Part shown: one piece after another, positions 1 through 8,532 of the stretch | Layout of the letters: every line of letters starts with the position of its first letter | Numbering within the stretch: position 1 is the stretch's first letter | Virus record (IMG/VR): IMGVR_UViG_3300027714_000011 | Span: 14,554 to 78,553 of that record | DNA length: 64,000 nucleotides | Source: a virus | Strand: one strand, 5' to 3' | The notes under the pieces: model-generated | What the model saw: only the letters and a program-made list of their open reading frames with translations | Databases searched by the model: none | What the model was told of the DNA's origin: nothing | Program-made: the position numbers and the translations under genes

Positions 1-2501
1 AAACTAGTAAGGGCACATCACATTCAACAGTGACTGTATATACAACAACATGGCAAACTAATCACGGTACTTCTAGAGGCACGGCGCATTCAACAACAAC
101 TAAATGGAATACTAGTCAGTCAACAAGTAGAACTACTACAACGTCTTATACTACTTATTATAACACAACTAGGGGAACTTCTAGGGGAACTAGCAAAGCT
201 ACTACAACTACATGGTCAACGAGTAGAGGTACATCACATTCAACTACTACAGCGTATACAACTACGTTTAATACTAGTAGAGCAACAACTACTGCATGGA
301 CTACGTCATGGACTACTACTTTTGGAACTAGTAGAGGTACACAACATGCAACAACAACTACGTGGACAACAACATGGTCAACGAGTAGAGCTACAACAAC
401 TTCATATACAACTACATTTAACACTAGTAGAGGAACTAATAGAGGAACTAGTAAATCTACTACAACTACATGGCAAACCAGTAGAGGTACATCACATTCA
501 ACTCAGACAACATATAATACTAGTTGGAACACAACTAGGGCTACAACAACGTCATATAATACATCGTGGACTACTACGTTTGCAACGACACATTCAACAT
601 CTAGAGCCACTACTACGACGTGGGCAACGAGTAGAGGTACATCGCATTCAACTACTACAGCGTATACAACTACGTTTAATACTAGTAAAGCAACAACAAC
701 TACATGGACTACTTCATGGACAACCACTTATGGAACTAGTAGAGGTACGCAACACGCAACAACAACTGCGTGGACAACAACATGGTCAACGAGTAAATCT
801 ACAACAACTGCTTATACTACTTATTATAATACAACTAGAGGAACTAGTAGAGGAACTAGTAAATCTACTACAACCACATGGGGAACTAGTAAAGGTACAT
901 CACATTCAACAGTCACAGTGTATAATACTAGTTGGAATACATCTAGAAACACGACGACTTCATGGACTACTTCATGGACAACTACGTTTGCAACGACCCA
1001 TTCAACATCTAGAGCCACTACTACAACGTGGAACACCACTAGGGCTACAACGACTTCGTGGACTACTTATTATAATACCAGTAGAGGAACTAATAGAGGA
1101 ACTAGTAAATCTACTACTACGACATGGCAAACTAGTCACGGTACATCACGTTCAACAACGACTACGTATAATACTAGTTGGAACACTAGTAAAGCAACAA
1201 CGACTTCATGGACAACTTCATGGACAACTACGTTTGCAACGACCCATTCGACATCTAAAGCCACTACTACGACGTGGCAAACTAGTCGCGGTACATCACG
1301 TTCAACAACAACTACGTATAATACTGCTTGGAATACATCTAAAAACACGACCACTACATTTAATACAACAGTTTATACCGTATTCGCAACGAGTAGAGGT
1401 ACATCAAAGTCAACGACTACCAAATATGGTACATCAAAGTCAACGACTACCACATTTGGTACATCACATTCAACAACGACTGCATGGGTTGCTTCTAGAG
1501 GTACATCTAAGTCTACGACGACACAGTGGAGTACTGCTTGGAATACATCTAAGTCTACAACGACTAGGTATAACACTAGTAAATCAACGACTACTGTATG
1601 GGCTACTTCTTGGGCGACGTCTAAGTCAACTACGACTACTTGGTTGACATCTAGGTCTACGACCACTACGTTTAATACTAGTAAATCAACGACTACTACG
1701 TTTAACACTAGTAAATCAACGACTACATCATGGTCGTATAATGTTGGTACATCTAGAACGACACTTAAACATTATTCTAAAACAACACTTAAGACGTATA
1801 ATAGATCAACATATATTGATCGAAGTACAGTATATAATACTAGTTGGACACAATCCTCAGCAATCAACACGGCATGGAGTACTAGTTATTATATAAACAC
1901 AAAATGGACAACAGGTAGAAGCACAGTATCAGAGGAAATAGAGTGTATAGTAGAAGGCTCATTAGTGCATATTTCAACAACACAACAAGTTAAAGTTGAA
2001 ACATTGCAACCAGGTGATCCTATTTTAACATTAGATGGAACGTTCAATCTCGATGATGAGGATTTATTATTTGCATTAAAAGAAGACCAACTTTCCGATA
2101 TAAAATCAAATGATGATTATATATCAGCAATCATGGTTTCTCAAGTTACAGGCGTATGCGATATAAACAACGGTTTATTAAAAACAACACTCAATCACAT
2201 TCATATTGTAAAAAGAACTGTTCCAGATTCAGAAATTAAAAAATGGATTGCAATAGAAGGTTATCAACTAGTGGTTGGTGATATTTTATGGCACATCACT
2301 AATGGAGAAATTCCTATAACATCAGTAGCAGTAGACGAAACAAACATATATACTGTATATAAACTAGACGTTGAACCAAATGATGTCTTTTATGCTAACG
2401 GTATTTTAACGCATAACAGGAAATGTGATCCGGAGGAATATTGCAACCGCCGCAATATATGTTACGATCGATCAAAATGTTTGGACGATGGACAGTTTTA
2501 A
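1..2501 (+). CDS. 5'-truncated Thr/Ser-rich repeat (fibre-like) protein with C-terminal Hint domain and 27-aa Cys-rich tail
   Basis: Frame is open from nt 3 (TSKGTSHSTV...), so the GTG at 30 is not the true start. Repeats of xTx[RKHQ] and xTx[WYF]. Hint motifs C-IVEGSLV, TLNH and NGILTHN. Confidence 0.9.
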   Translation, partial: TSKGTSHSTVTVYTTTWQTNHGTSRGTAHSTTTKWNTSQSTSRTTTTSYTTYYNTTRGTSRGTSKATTTTWSTSRGTSHSTTTAYTTTFNTSRATTTAWTTSWTTTFGTSRGTQHATTTTWTTTWSTSRATTTSYTTTFNTSRGTNRGTSKSTTTTWQTSRGTSHSTQTTYNTSWNTTRATTTSYNTSWTTTFATTHSTSRATTTTWATSRGTSHSTTTAYTTTFNTSKATTTTWTTSWTTTYGTSRGTQHATTTAWTTTWSTSKSTTTAYTTYYNTTRGTSRGTSKSTTTTWGTSKGTSHSTVTVYNTSWNTSRNTTTSWTTSWTTTFATTHSTSRATTTTWNTTRATTTSWTTYYNTSRGTNRGTSKSTTTTWQTSHGTSRSTTTTYNTSWNTSKATTTSWTTSWTTTFATTHSTSKATTTTWQTSRGTSRSTTTTYNTAWNTSKNTTTTFNTTVYTVFATSRGTSKSTTTKYGTSKSTTTTFGTSHSTTTAWVASRGTSKSTTTQWSTAWNTSKSTTTRYNTSKSTTTVWATSWATSKSTTTTWLTSRSTTTTFNTSKSTTTTFNTSKSTTTSWSYNVGTSRTTLKHYSKTTLKTYNRSTYIDRSTVYNTSWTQSSAINTAWSTSYYINTKWTTGRSTVSEEIECIVEGSLVHISTTQQVKVETLQPGDPILTLDGTFNLDDEDLLFALKEDQLSDIKSNDDYISAIMVSQVTGVCDINNGLLKTTLNHIHIVKRTVPDSEIKKWIAIEGYQLVVGDILWHITNGEIPITSVAVDETNIYTVYKLDVEPNDVFYANGILTHNRKCDPEEYCNRRNICYDRSKCLDDGQF
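216..1031 (+). repeat. Two diverged copies of a 408-nt (136-aa) higher-order repeat in ORF1
   Basis: Blocks starting STSRGTSHSTTTAYTTTF (216) and ATSRGTSHSTTTAYTTTF (624) repeat the same 8-block pattern. Confidence 0.8.
1944..2417 (+). other. Hint (bacterial intein-like) autoprocessing domain
   Basis: Cys1 (E|CIVEGSLVHI), block-B TxxH (KTTLNH), C-terminal VYKLDVEPNDVFYANGILTHN. The +1 residue is Arg, not C/S/T. Confidence 0.9.
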
Positions 2502-2540
2502 ATAAAAGAAAAAGAAAAAGAAAAAGACTTAAATAATTAG

Positions 2541-5500
2541 ATGGCATCATACACTACATATTGGAGCGCTTCGAGAAGTGAAATAAGATACAGGAATACC
2601 TATCAAAATACTGCGATAGATCAAACTTATAGTAGGTCTACTTCCCATACTACAAGGGTCTATTACAACACGTCATGGACTGCTAACGCAACAACGTCAT
2701 GGACTGCTAACGTGACCACCGAATGGGCCACTTCATATTCAGCATCTAAGTCTACAACGACTACGTTTAATACATCTAAGTCTACAACGACTACGTTTAA
2801 TACATCTAAGTCTACAACGACTACGTTTAATACATCTAAGGCCACCACTACAGCATGGACTGCAAGTAGAAATACTAGTAGAGCTACTACAACTACATAT
2901 ATTACATCTAAGGCAACCACTACGGCGTGGACTGCAAAACGTAATACAACTAGAGCAACGACGACTTCATGGACTACTTCTTGGAATACTTCTAAGGCTA
3001 CAACGACTTCGTACAGCACATCTAGAAACACAACGACTTCGTATAATACAACGCATTCAACTACTACATCATATAGCACTTATTGGAATACAGCTAGAAA
3101 TACAACTAGGAGTACTAGTAAAAGTACCTCAACTACATGGTCAACTAGTCAAAGCACATCGCATTCAACGACTACGTCGTATACGACTTATTATAATACT
3201 AGTAAATCAACGACTACGACATATAACACAACATATAACACAACTAGGGGAACTAATAGAGGAACTAGTAAAACTACCACAACGACATGGTCAACTAGCC
3301 AATCTACTAAGCGTTCAACGACTACATCATATACGACTTATTATAATACTAGTAGAGCAACAACTACTGCATGGACTACGTCATGGACAACTACCTTTCA
3401 AACTAACAAAGGTACATCGCGTTCAACAACGACTACGTTTAACACTAGTAGATCAACGACTACGACATATAACACAACATATAACACAACTAGAGGTACA
3501 TCTAGGGGAACTAGTAAATCTACAGGGACTACTTGGTCAACTAGCCAATCTACTAAGCATTCAACGACTACTTCGTATACGACTTATTATAATACTAGTA
3601 GAGCAACAACTACTTCATGGACTACTTCATGGGTAACTACTTTTGGAACTAGTAGAGGTACATCACATTCGACAACAACTACGTTTAATACTAACCAATC
3701 AACTAGTAAATCTACAACTACGAAGTATACTACGTATTACAATACGAGTAGAGGTACATCTAGAGGAACTAGTAAATCTACAACAACCACGTGGGCAACA
3801 AGTAGAGGTACATCACATTCAACGACTACGTCTTATACAACTACGTTTAATACTAGTAAATCAACGACTACGACGTTTAATACAACATATAACACGGCTA
3901 GAGGTACATCTAGGGGAACTAGTAAATCTACCACAACTACATGGTCAACTAGTCAAAGTACTAAGCATTCAACGACTACTTCGTATACGACTTATTATAA
4001 CACTAGTAAAGCAACGACGACTTCATGGACTACATCATGGACAACTACTTTTGGAACTAGTAGAGGTACATCGCACTCGACAACGACTACGTTTAATACT
4101 AACCAATCAACTAGTAAATCTACAACTACGAAGTATACTACGTATTACAATACGAGTAGAGGTACATCTAGAGGAACTAGTAAATCTACCACAACTACAT
4201 GGGCAACTAGTAGAGGTACATCACATTCAACGACTACATCTTATACAACTACGTTTAATACTAACCAATCAACAACGACTGCATGGACTACTTCATGGGT
4301 AACTACTTTTGGAACTAGTAGAGGTACATCACATTCGACAACAACTACGTTTAATACTTCATGGCAAACAAGTAGAGCTACAACAACATCTTATACTACT
4401 TCATGGACTACATATTACAATACAAGTAGAAGTACAGAACATTCAACTACTACATCGTATACGACTAAGTTTAACACTAGTAACTCAACGACGACTTCAT
4501 GGACTACTTCATGGGTAACTACTTTTGGAACTAGTAGAGGTACATCGCATGCAACGACTACTGTATGGACTACTTCATGGCAAACGAGTAGAGCTACAAC
4601 AACAGCTTATACTACTTCATGGACTACATATTACAATACAAGTAGAAGTACAGAACATTCGACAACAACCGTATTCAATACAACATGGTCAACAAGTAAA
4701 GCTACAACAACAGCTTATACTACTTCATGGACTACGACATTTAATACTAATCAAAGTACAAAACATTCAACTACTACGTCTTATACAACTACGTTTAATA
4801 CTAGTAAATCAACGACTACGTCATATACTACTTCGTGGACCACGACGTTTAATACGAATAAATCTACTAGTCATTCAACGACTACTGTGTATACAACTAG
4901 TTGGAATACATCTAGGGGAACAAGTAGAGGTACGGAGCATTCAACAACAACCACATTTAACACTAATCAGTCTACTGAACATAGTACAACTACAACATAC
5001 TCGACATCGTGGACGACTTCATGGAACACTAGTCAATCCACTAGTCATTCAACGACACATAGTACAACTACTATTTGGGGTACTTCTTTAGGAACAAGTA
5101 GATCTACTAATCACTCAACGACAACAACATGGACAACATATTGGAATACTAGTCGAGTTGAGTCGCGTAACACTACGACTACGTGGGTGACACAAGATCA
5201 AACAAGTCAGTCAACTGTAACTGAGTGGACAACTTCATGGACAACTTCATGGAACACAAGTCAATCTACGGTAACTACGTGGACAACTTCATGGACAACT
5301 TCATGGAAAACAAGTCAATCTACTAATAAAAGTACAATGACTACGTGGAACACAACTAAGTCTACTGCGACAGTGTATACAACATCTAGAGTTACTTCTA
5401 CAACGTGGAATACAAGTCAGTCAACTAATAAAAATACGACAACAACATGGTCGACTTTATATGATGTGACTACTACTTGGACCACGTCTTGGAACACCAC

Positions 5501-5669
5501 TACTACATGGAATACAACTAAAGCTACCACTACCAATTGGACAACGAGTTATTCAACTGAATACGAAGCAAGAAGAACATGGTATGGAAAAGTCCACACA
5601 GGACATGAGATATTCCCTTACGCTACAGTACAACAGTGGAGAGTCAATTCTTATTTAGGTCGACCATAG
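2541..5669 (+). CDS. 1042-aa Thr/Ser-rich repeat protein, antiparallel partner of ORF1
   Basis: Same repeat grammar as ORF1 with mirrored block order and basic/aromatic counts swapped. Short unique C-terminal tail. Confidence 0.9.
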   Translation: MASYTTYWSASRSEIRYRNTYQNTAIDQTYSRSTSHTTRVYYNTSWTANATTSWTANVTTEWATSYSASKSTTTTFNTSKSTTTTFNTSKSTTTTFNTSKATTTAWTASRNTSRATTTTYITSKATTTAWTAKRNTTRATTTSWTTSWNTSKATTTSYSTSRNTTTSYNTTHSTTTSYSTYWNTARNTTRSTSKSTSTTWSTSQSTSHSTTTSYTTYYNTSKSTTTTYNTTYNTTRGTNRGTSKTTTTTWSTSQSTKRSTTTSYTTYYNTSRATTTAWTTSWTTTFQTNKGTSRSTTTTFNTSRSTTTTYNTTYNTTRGTSRGTSKSTGTTWSTSQSTKHSTTTSYTTYYNTSRATTTSWTTSWVTTFGTSRGTSHSTTTTFNTNQSTSKSTTTKYTTYYNTSRGTSRGTSKSTTTTWATSRGTSHSTTTSYTTTFNTSKSTTTTFNTTYNTARGTSRGTSKSTTTTWSTSQSTKHSTTTSYTTYYNTSKATTTSWTTSWTTTFGTSRGTSHSTTTTFNTNQSTSKSTTTKYTTYYNTSRGTSRGTSKSTTTTWATSRGTSHSTTTSYTTTFNTNQSTTTAWTTSWVTTFGTSRGTSHSTTTTFNTSWQTSRATTTSYTTSWTTYYNTSRSTEHSTTTSYTTKFNTSNSTTTSWTTSWVTTFGTSRGTSHATTTVWTTSWQTSRATTTAYTTSWTTYYNTSRSTEHSTTTVFNTTWSTSKATTTAYTTSWTTTFNTNQSTKHSTTTSYTTTFNTSKSTTTSYTTSWTTTFNTNKSTSHSTTTVYTTSWNTSRGTSRGTEHSTTTTFNTNQSTEHSTTTTYSTSWTTSWNTSQSTSHSTTHSTTTIWGTSLGTSRSTNHSTTTTWTTYWNTSRVESRNTTTTWVTQDQTSQSTVTEWTTSWTTSWNTSQSTVTTWTTSWTTSWKTSQSTNKSTMTTWNTTKSTATVYTTSRVTSTTWNTSQSTNKNTTTTWSTLYDVTTTWTTSWNTTTTWNTTKATTTNWTTSYSTEYEARRTWYGKVHTGHEIFPYATVQQWRVNSYLGRP
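3441..4256 (+). repeat. Two near-identical copies of a 408-nt (136-aa) higher-order repeat in ORF2
   Basis: The sequence ctaaccaatcaactagtaaatctacaactacgaagtatactacgtattac... occurs at 3691 and 4099, 408 nt apart. Confidence 0.85.
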
Positions 5670-5743
5670 TCTGCTAAAATAATTTAGATAAATAATTAAA
5701 CAAACTCTAATTTGTTTGTATAACTATTAAATTATTTTAACAT

Positions 5744-6655
5744 ATGGAAATGTTTAACAAAAAGGTTCTTAAGGAAAGAATAGGACCTCTTAAGAAAAAC
5801 GATAAACTTAACGCACTCGAACAAGTAGAGAGATACGTACTTAGAAAATGTAAAGAACTTGGATTAGAACATAGTTATGATGTAATAGCAGAAGAGATGC
5901 CATACTTTAAAACTATGGGATATACTGAATATGCTACGTGTTTTATGTTACAGCCCTTAAATTTAAAAATGAGAACTGCTCAGATCAATGATGCATATCA
6001 CGATAACGTGGATAATGTATCAGATTGGGCTGGTTATTTTAGAGCAAATGTTCAAGATAAGGTTGCTAATAAATATCAATCTCGTAAAGAGAATTTTAGT
6101 CAATGGCCTGCAAAACCAGTTTTAGTAGTTTTACCAGGATCTAATAAACTTAAATCAAACTGTTGTTTAAATAAATTAATAAAGGTTGCTGAAGAAAACA
6201 AAGGTAACATTTATTTTAAACCGCATCCTATCACAACACATGCTGTAATAGGCGAAATTAAAGATTTATTTGGTGAAGAATCTATTTTACCAAGAGACAT
6301 TGATCTTTATCACTTCATGCAACAAGCCGAAACAGTATACACTACACATATTAGCGAAAGTGCATTATATTCTTTAGTGTTGGGAAAAACAGTAGAACCA
6401 ATAGATGTTTGGAACAATGTACATCAAGGTTCATTTTATACTGTAAATTCTGCACTATTTGATAATGCTAGCAATGTTGATGAATGGATAAATAGAGTTT
6501 TTTCTAGTCCTAAATCAGGTATTATTAATCCAGCATTGGATACGGATTGGAAAGATAAAGTAGATAAGTACATGACATATATGTACGAAAAAAGAGAATT
6601 CTATAAAGGATGGTTTTTGGACCTTCCACCTAAAGTAAAACGTAACAAAGATTAA
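5744..6655 (+). CDS. GT-B glycosyltransferase, capsule biosynthesis KpsC/KpsS-like
   Basis: IYFKPHP and DLYHFMQQAETVYTTHISESALYSLVLGKTV resemble the HP and v.T.nS..g.EAl..GKpV motifs. Confidence 0.6.
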   Translation: MEMFNKKVLKERIGPLKKNDKLNALEQVERYVLRKCKELGLEHSYDVIAEEMPYFKTMGYTEYATCFMLQPLNLKMRTAQINDAYHDNVDNVSDWAGYFRANVQDKVANKYQSRKENFSQWPAKPVLVVLPGSNKLKSNCCLNKLIKVAEENKGNIYFKPHPITTHAVIGEIKDLFGEESILPRDIDLYHFMQQAETVYTTHISESALYSLVLGKTVEPIDVWNNVHQGSFYTVNSALFDNASNVDEWINRVFSSPKSGIINPALDTDWKDKVDKYMTYMYEKREFYKGWFLDLPPKVKRNKD

Positions 6656-6664
6656 ACCAAAAAA

Positions 6665-7093
6665 ATGCAAAGAAACATTAAATTTAATGAGAATGTCGGA
6701 GATGATGGACACTTGGTATCACCAGTATTAAAGAATGGTTGCAAAAACTATCTAATCGATATTGATGGAACTATTACAGATGACGTACCAAATGAAGAGC
6801 CAGAGAGAATGGCAGTAGTTCAACCTTATAAAGATTCTGTAGAAACACTTAACAGGTGGTATGACGAAGGTCATATTGTAACCTTCTTTACATCAAGAAC
6901 TGAAGAAGTTAGAGATATCACAGAAACATGGTTAAATGAGCACGGTTATAAGTATCATGGTTTATTAATGGGCAAACCTAGGGGTGGTAATTACCATTGG
7001 GTTGATAATCACATTGTCAAAGGAACTAGATATGAAGGTGTTTGGTCTGACCTAGTAAAAGAAGAAAGAATGATAGAAGTCTTTCCTTCATAG
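6665..7093 (+). CDS. HAD-superfamily phosphatase
   Basis: YLIDIDGT motif I, FTSR motif II, MGKP, WVDN. Confidence 0.8.
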   Translation: MQRNIKFNENVGDDGHLVSPVLKNGCKNYLIDIDGTITDDVPNEEPERMAVVQPYKDSVETLNRWYDEGHIVTFFTSRTEEVRDITETWLNEHGYKYHGLLMGKPRGGNYHWVDNHIVKGTRYEGVWSDLVKEERMIEVFPS

Positions 7094-7101
7094 ATATATA
7101 A
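7093..7101 (+). promoter_or_regulatory. Putative late promoter GATATATAA
   Basis: Motif recurs just upstream of many structural and head genes; resembles the T4 late TATAAATA box. Confidence 0.55.
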
Positions 7102-7104
7102 TAC

Positions 7105-8070
7105 ATGAAGAAGATACGCACATTTAATGATTTTATCAACGAAGCTGAGGAAGCTCAAGATCTACATAAGATTTATTTAGCATTTGATCCAGATTTGGGA
7201 CATCGTTTCTGGTCTTATAAAGATTTTGCTGGCGATAAGTTTTTTATCAGATTAACACCTGAGACATATAAGGATATAGAAATAAATAAGGATTATCCAG
7301 TTCTTACTTATAATTCAGATACTGTGCAAATGTTAATTGATAAGGATCTTATTAGTACTGATAATGTGTATAACCTTCCAGAATTTATTAAAAATTCAGG
7401 ATCTAAGAAAGAATTTCATAAAATAGTTGATGGTGATGATAACATCCCTAAAACTACAAGTGATCAAGATGATGCAATTAAACTTTTAGGATTTCCAATT
7501 ATTGCAAAACCAGCAGAAGGACATTCTGGAATTGGTATTGTTATTATGAAAGATCAAAAGGAATGGGATGCTACAGACCACGATAAGTTGGATGTGTATT
7601 CTCAGTATGTAGATAAAAAATCAGAGCACAGATTCTTTACATTTAAAGGAGAACCTTTCTTTTGGCAAGAAAGACAACCTACAAATGATAAGTCTAAGAA
7701 TGGTGGTGGTAATCCAGACGAAAAAATGGGATTCAATTATATTAAAAGAAACTCTGATAAAACACCACAAAAATATAGAGATCTAATAAAGAGATTTGGT
7801 GCAATGTTCTCAGATTTACCTTATATATGTTTTGATATAATGGAAGATCAAGATGGTAAATTATACATCATTGAAAGTAACAGTATGCCAGGTGTGCCGT
7901 TCGATGCAACTGTTGCAATATATAGAACTCTATTTAATGACTTTTATAAAAGAGGCGTGGACGGAAAAACAGATTTAAAATTAAAAGAATATTCGGATTT
8001 TATGTGTAAGAAATCAATGACACTTGATGGTGGAGATAGATTTAAATTAGGCACAGATCTAGAAGATTAA
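7105..8070 (+). CDS. ATP-grasp ligase (RimK-like) with capsid-targeting-like N-terminus
   Basis: FPIIAKPAEGHSGIGI, YSQYV..EHR, FDIMEDQDGKLYIIESNSMPG. N-terminus MKKIRTFNDFINE. Confidence 0.8.
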   Translation: MKKIRTFNDFINEAEEAQDLHKIYLAFDPDLGHRFWSYKDFAGDKFFIRLTPETYKDIEINKDYPVLTYNSDTVQMLIDKDLISTDNVYNLPEFIKNSGSKKEFHKIVDGDDNIPKTTSDQDDAIKLLGFPIIAKPAEGHSGIGIVIMKDQKEWDATDHDKLDVYSQYVDKKSEHRFFTFKGEPFFWQERQPTNDKSKNGGGNPDEKMGFNYIKRNSDKTPQKYRDLIKRFGAMFSDLPYICFDIMEDQDGKLYIIESNSMPGVPFDATVAIYRTLFNDFYKRGVDGKTDLKLKEYSDFMCKKSMTLDGGDRFKLGTDLED

Positions 8071-8103
8071 TAAAAAGATAAATAGAATTTAAAAAATAAA
8101 GTT

Positions 8104-8346
8104 ATGTCAGAGCCAAATATGAATTGTATGATCGTTAACGTGTGGATTCACCACATGCAAATAGACGAATTGTTTGATTTTCTAAACGAGAGAATTAACA
8201 GTGCACCTTATTATTGGTTGAATGAAGCATCTGTGCCAACTTCAATTACTGGAGGATATGTCATGATCTCATTGCCTTATAATTCTTATTCTCATTTATC
8301 TTCTAACAGAAACTGGGACGAAGCTCCTGGTTGGATAAAACAATAA
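8104..8346 (+). CDS. hypothetical protein
   Basis: 80-aa ORF in a co-directional gene run. Confidence 0.7.
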   Translation: MSEPNMNCMIVNVWIHHMQIDELFDFLNERINSAPYYWLNEASVPTSITGGYVMISLPYNSYSHLSSNRNWDEAPGWIKQ

Positions 8347-8348
8347 AT

Positions 8349-8459
8349 ATGAAAAAACAGACAGAAATGAAAGCGTTCCTTTTAAATTATAAAGGAACTA
8401 AGTACAAAGCAGATACGTTAATAGGTATCGTTTGGAAGTTTATTACTAAGCGTAAATAA
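8349..8459 (+). CDS. small hypothetical protein (36 aa, not in ORF track)
   Basis: MKKQTEMKAFLLNYKGTKYKADTLIGIVWKFITKRK fills the gap before a terminator. Confidence 0.5.
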   Translation: MKKQTEMKAFLLNYKGTKYKADTLIGIVWKFITKRK

Positions 8460-8485
8460 ACAAAATTAAAAATTTAAGTATAAAG

Positions 8486-8513
8486 AACGTCTAGATTATT
8501 CTAGGCGTTTTTT
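8486..8513 (+). terminator. Intrinsic terminator
   Basis: aacgtctaga-ttat-tctaggcgtt hairpin followed by a T-run. Confidence 0.7.
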
Positions 8514-8532
8514 AGGATTTAAACAATAATAT

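Noticed and set aside
1944-2417. Mobile intein with homing endonuclease
   Set aside because: Only 158 aa, no LAGLIDADG or HNH insert, +1 residue is Arg, and it does not interrupt a conserved enzyme.
322-5091. Long Gln/Leu/His-rich alternative-frame ORFs (322-1647, 3643-4302, 4525-5091) and Val-rich minus-strand ORFs
   Set aside because: Shadow frames of ACN-rich Thr repeats, which rarely generate stops. They mostly begin at non-ATG starts and have no independent signals.
1-5669. DNA-level inverted repeat or CRISPR array as the explanation for the repeats
   Set aside because: Both genes have the same strand composition, there is no constant repeat with unique spacers, and variation is mostly synonymous. 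The symmetry exists only at protein level.
1-5669. Ice-binding/antifreeze beta-solenoid (TxT motifs)
   Set aside because: Block lengths vary (10, 14, 18, 22 aa) instead of keeping a constant coil length, and the mirrored basic/aromatic code is better explained by two-chain pairing. Ice binding by the Thr face is not excluded but is unsupported.
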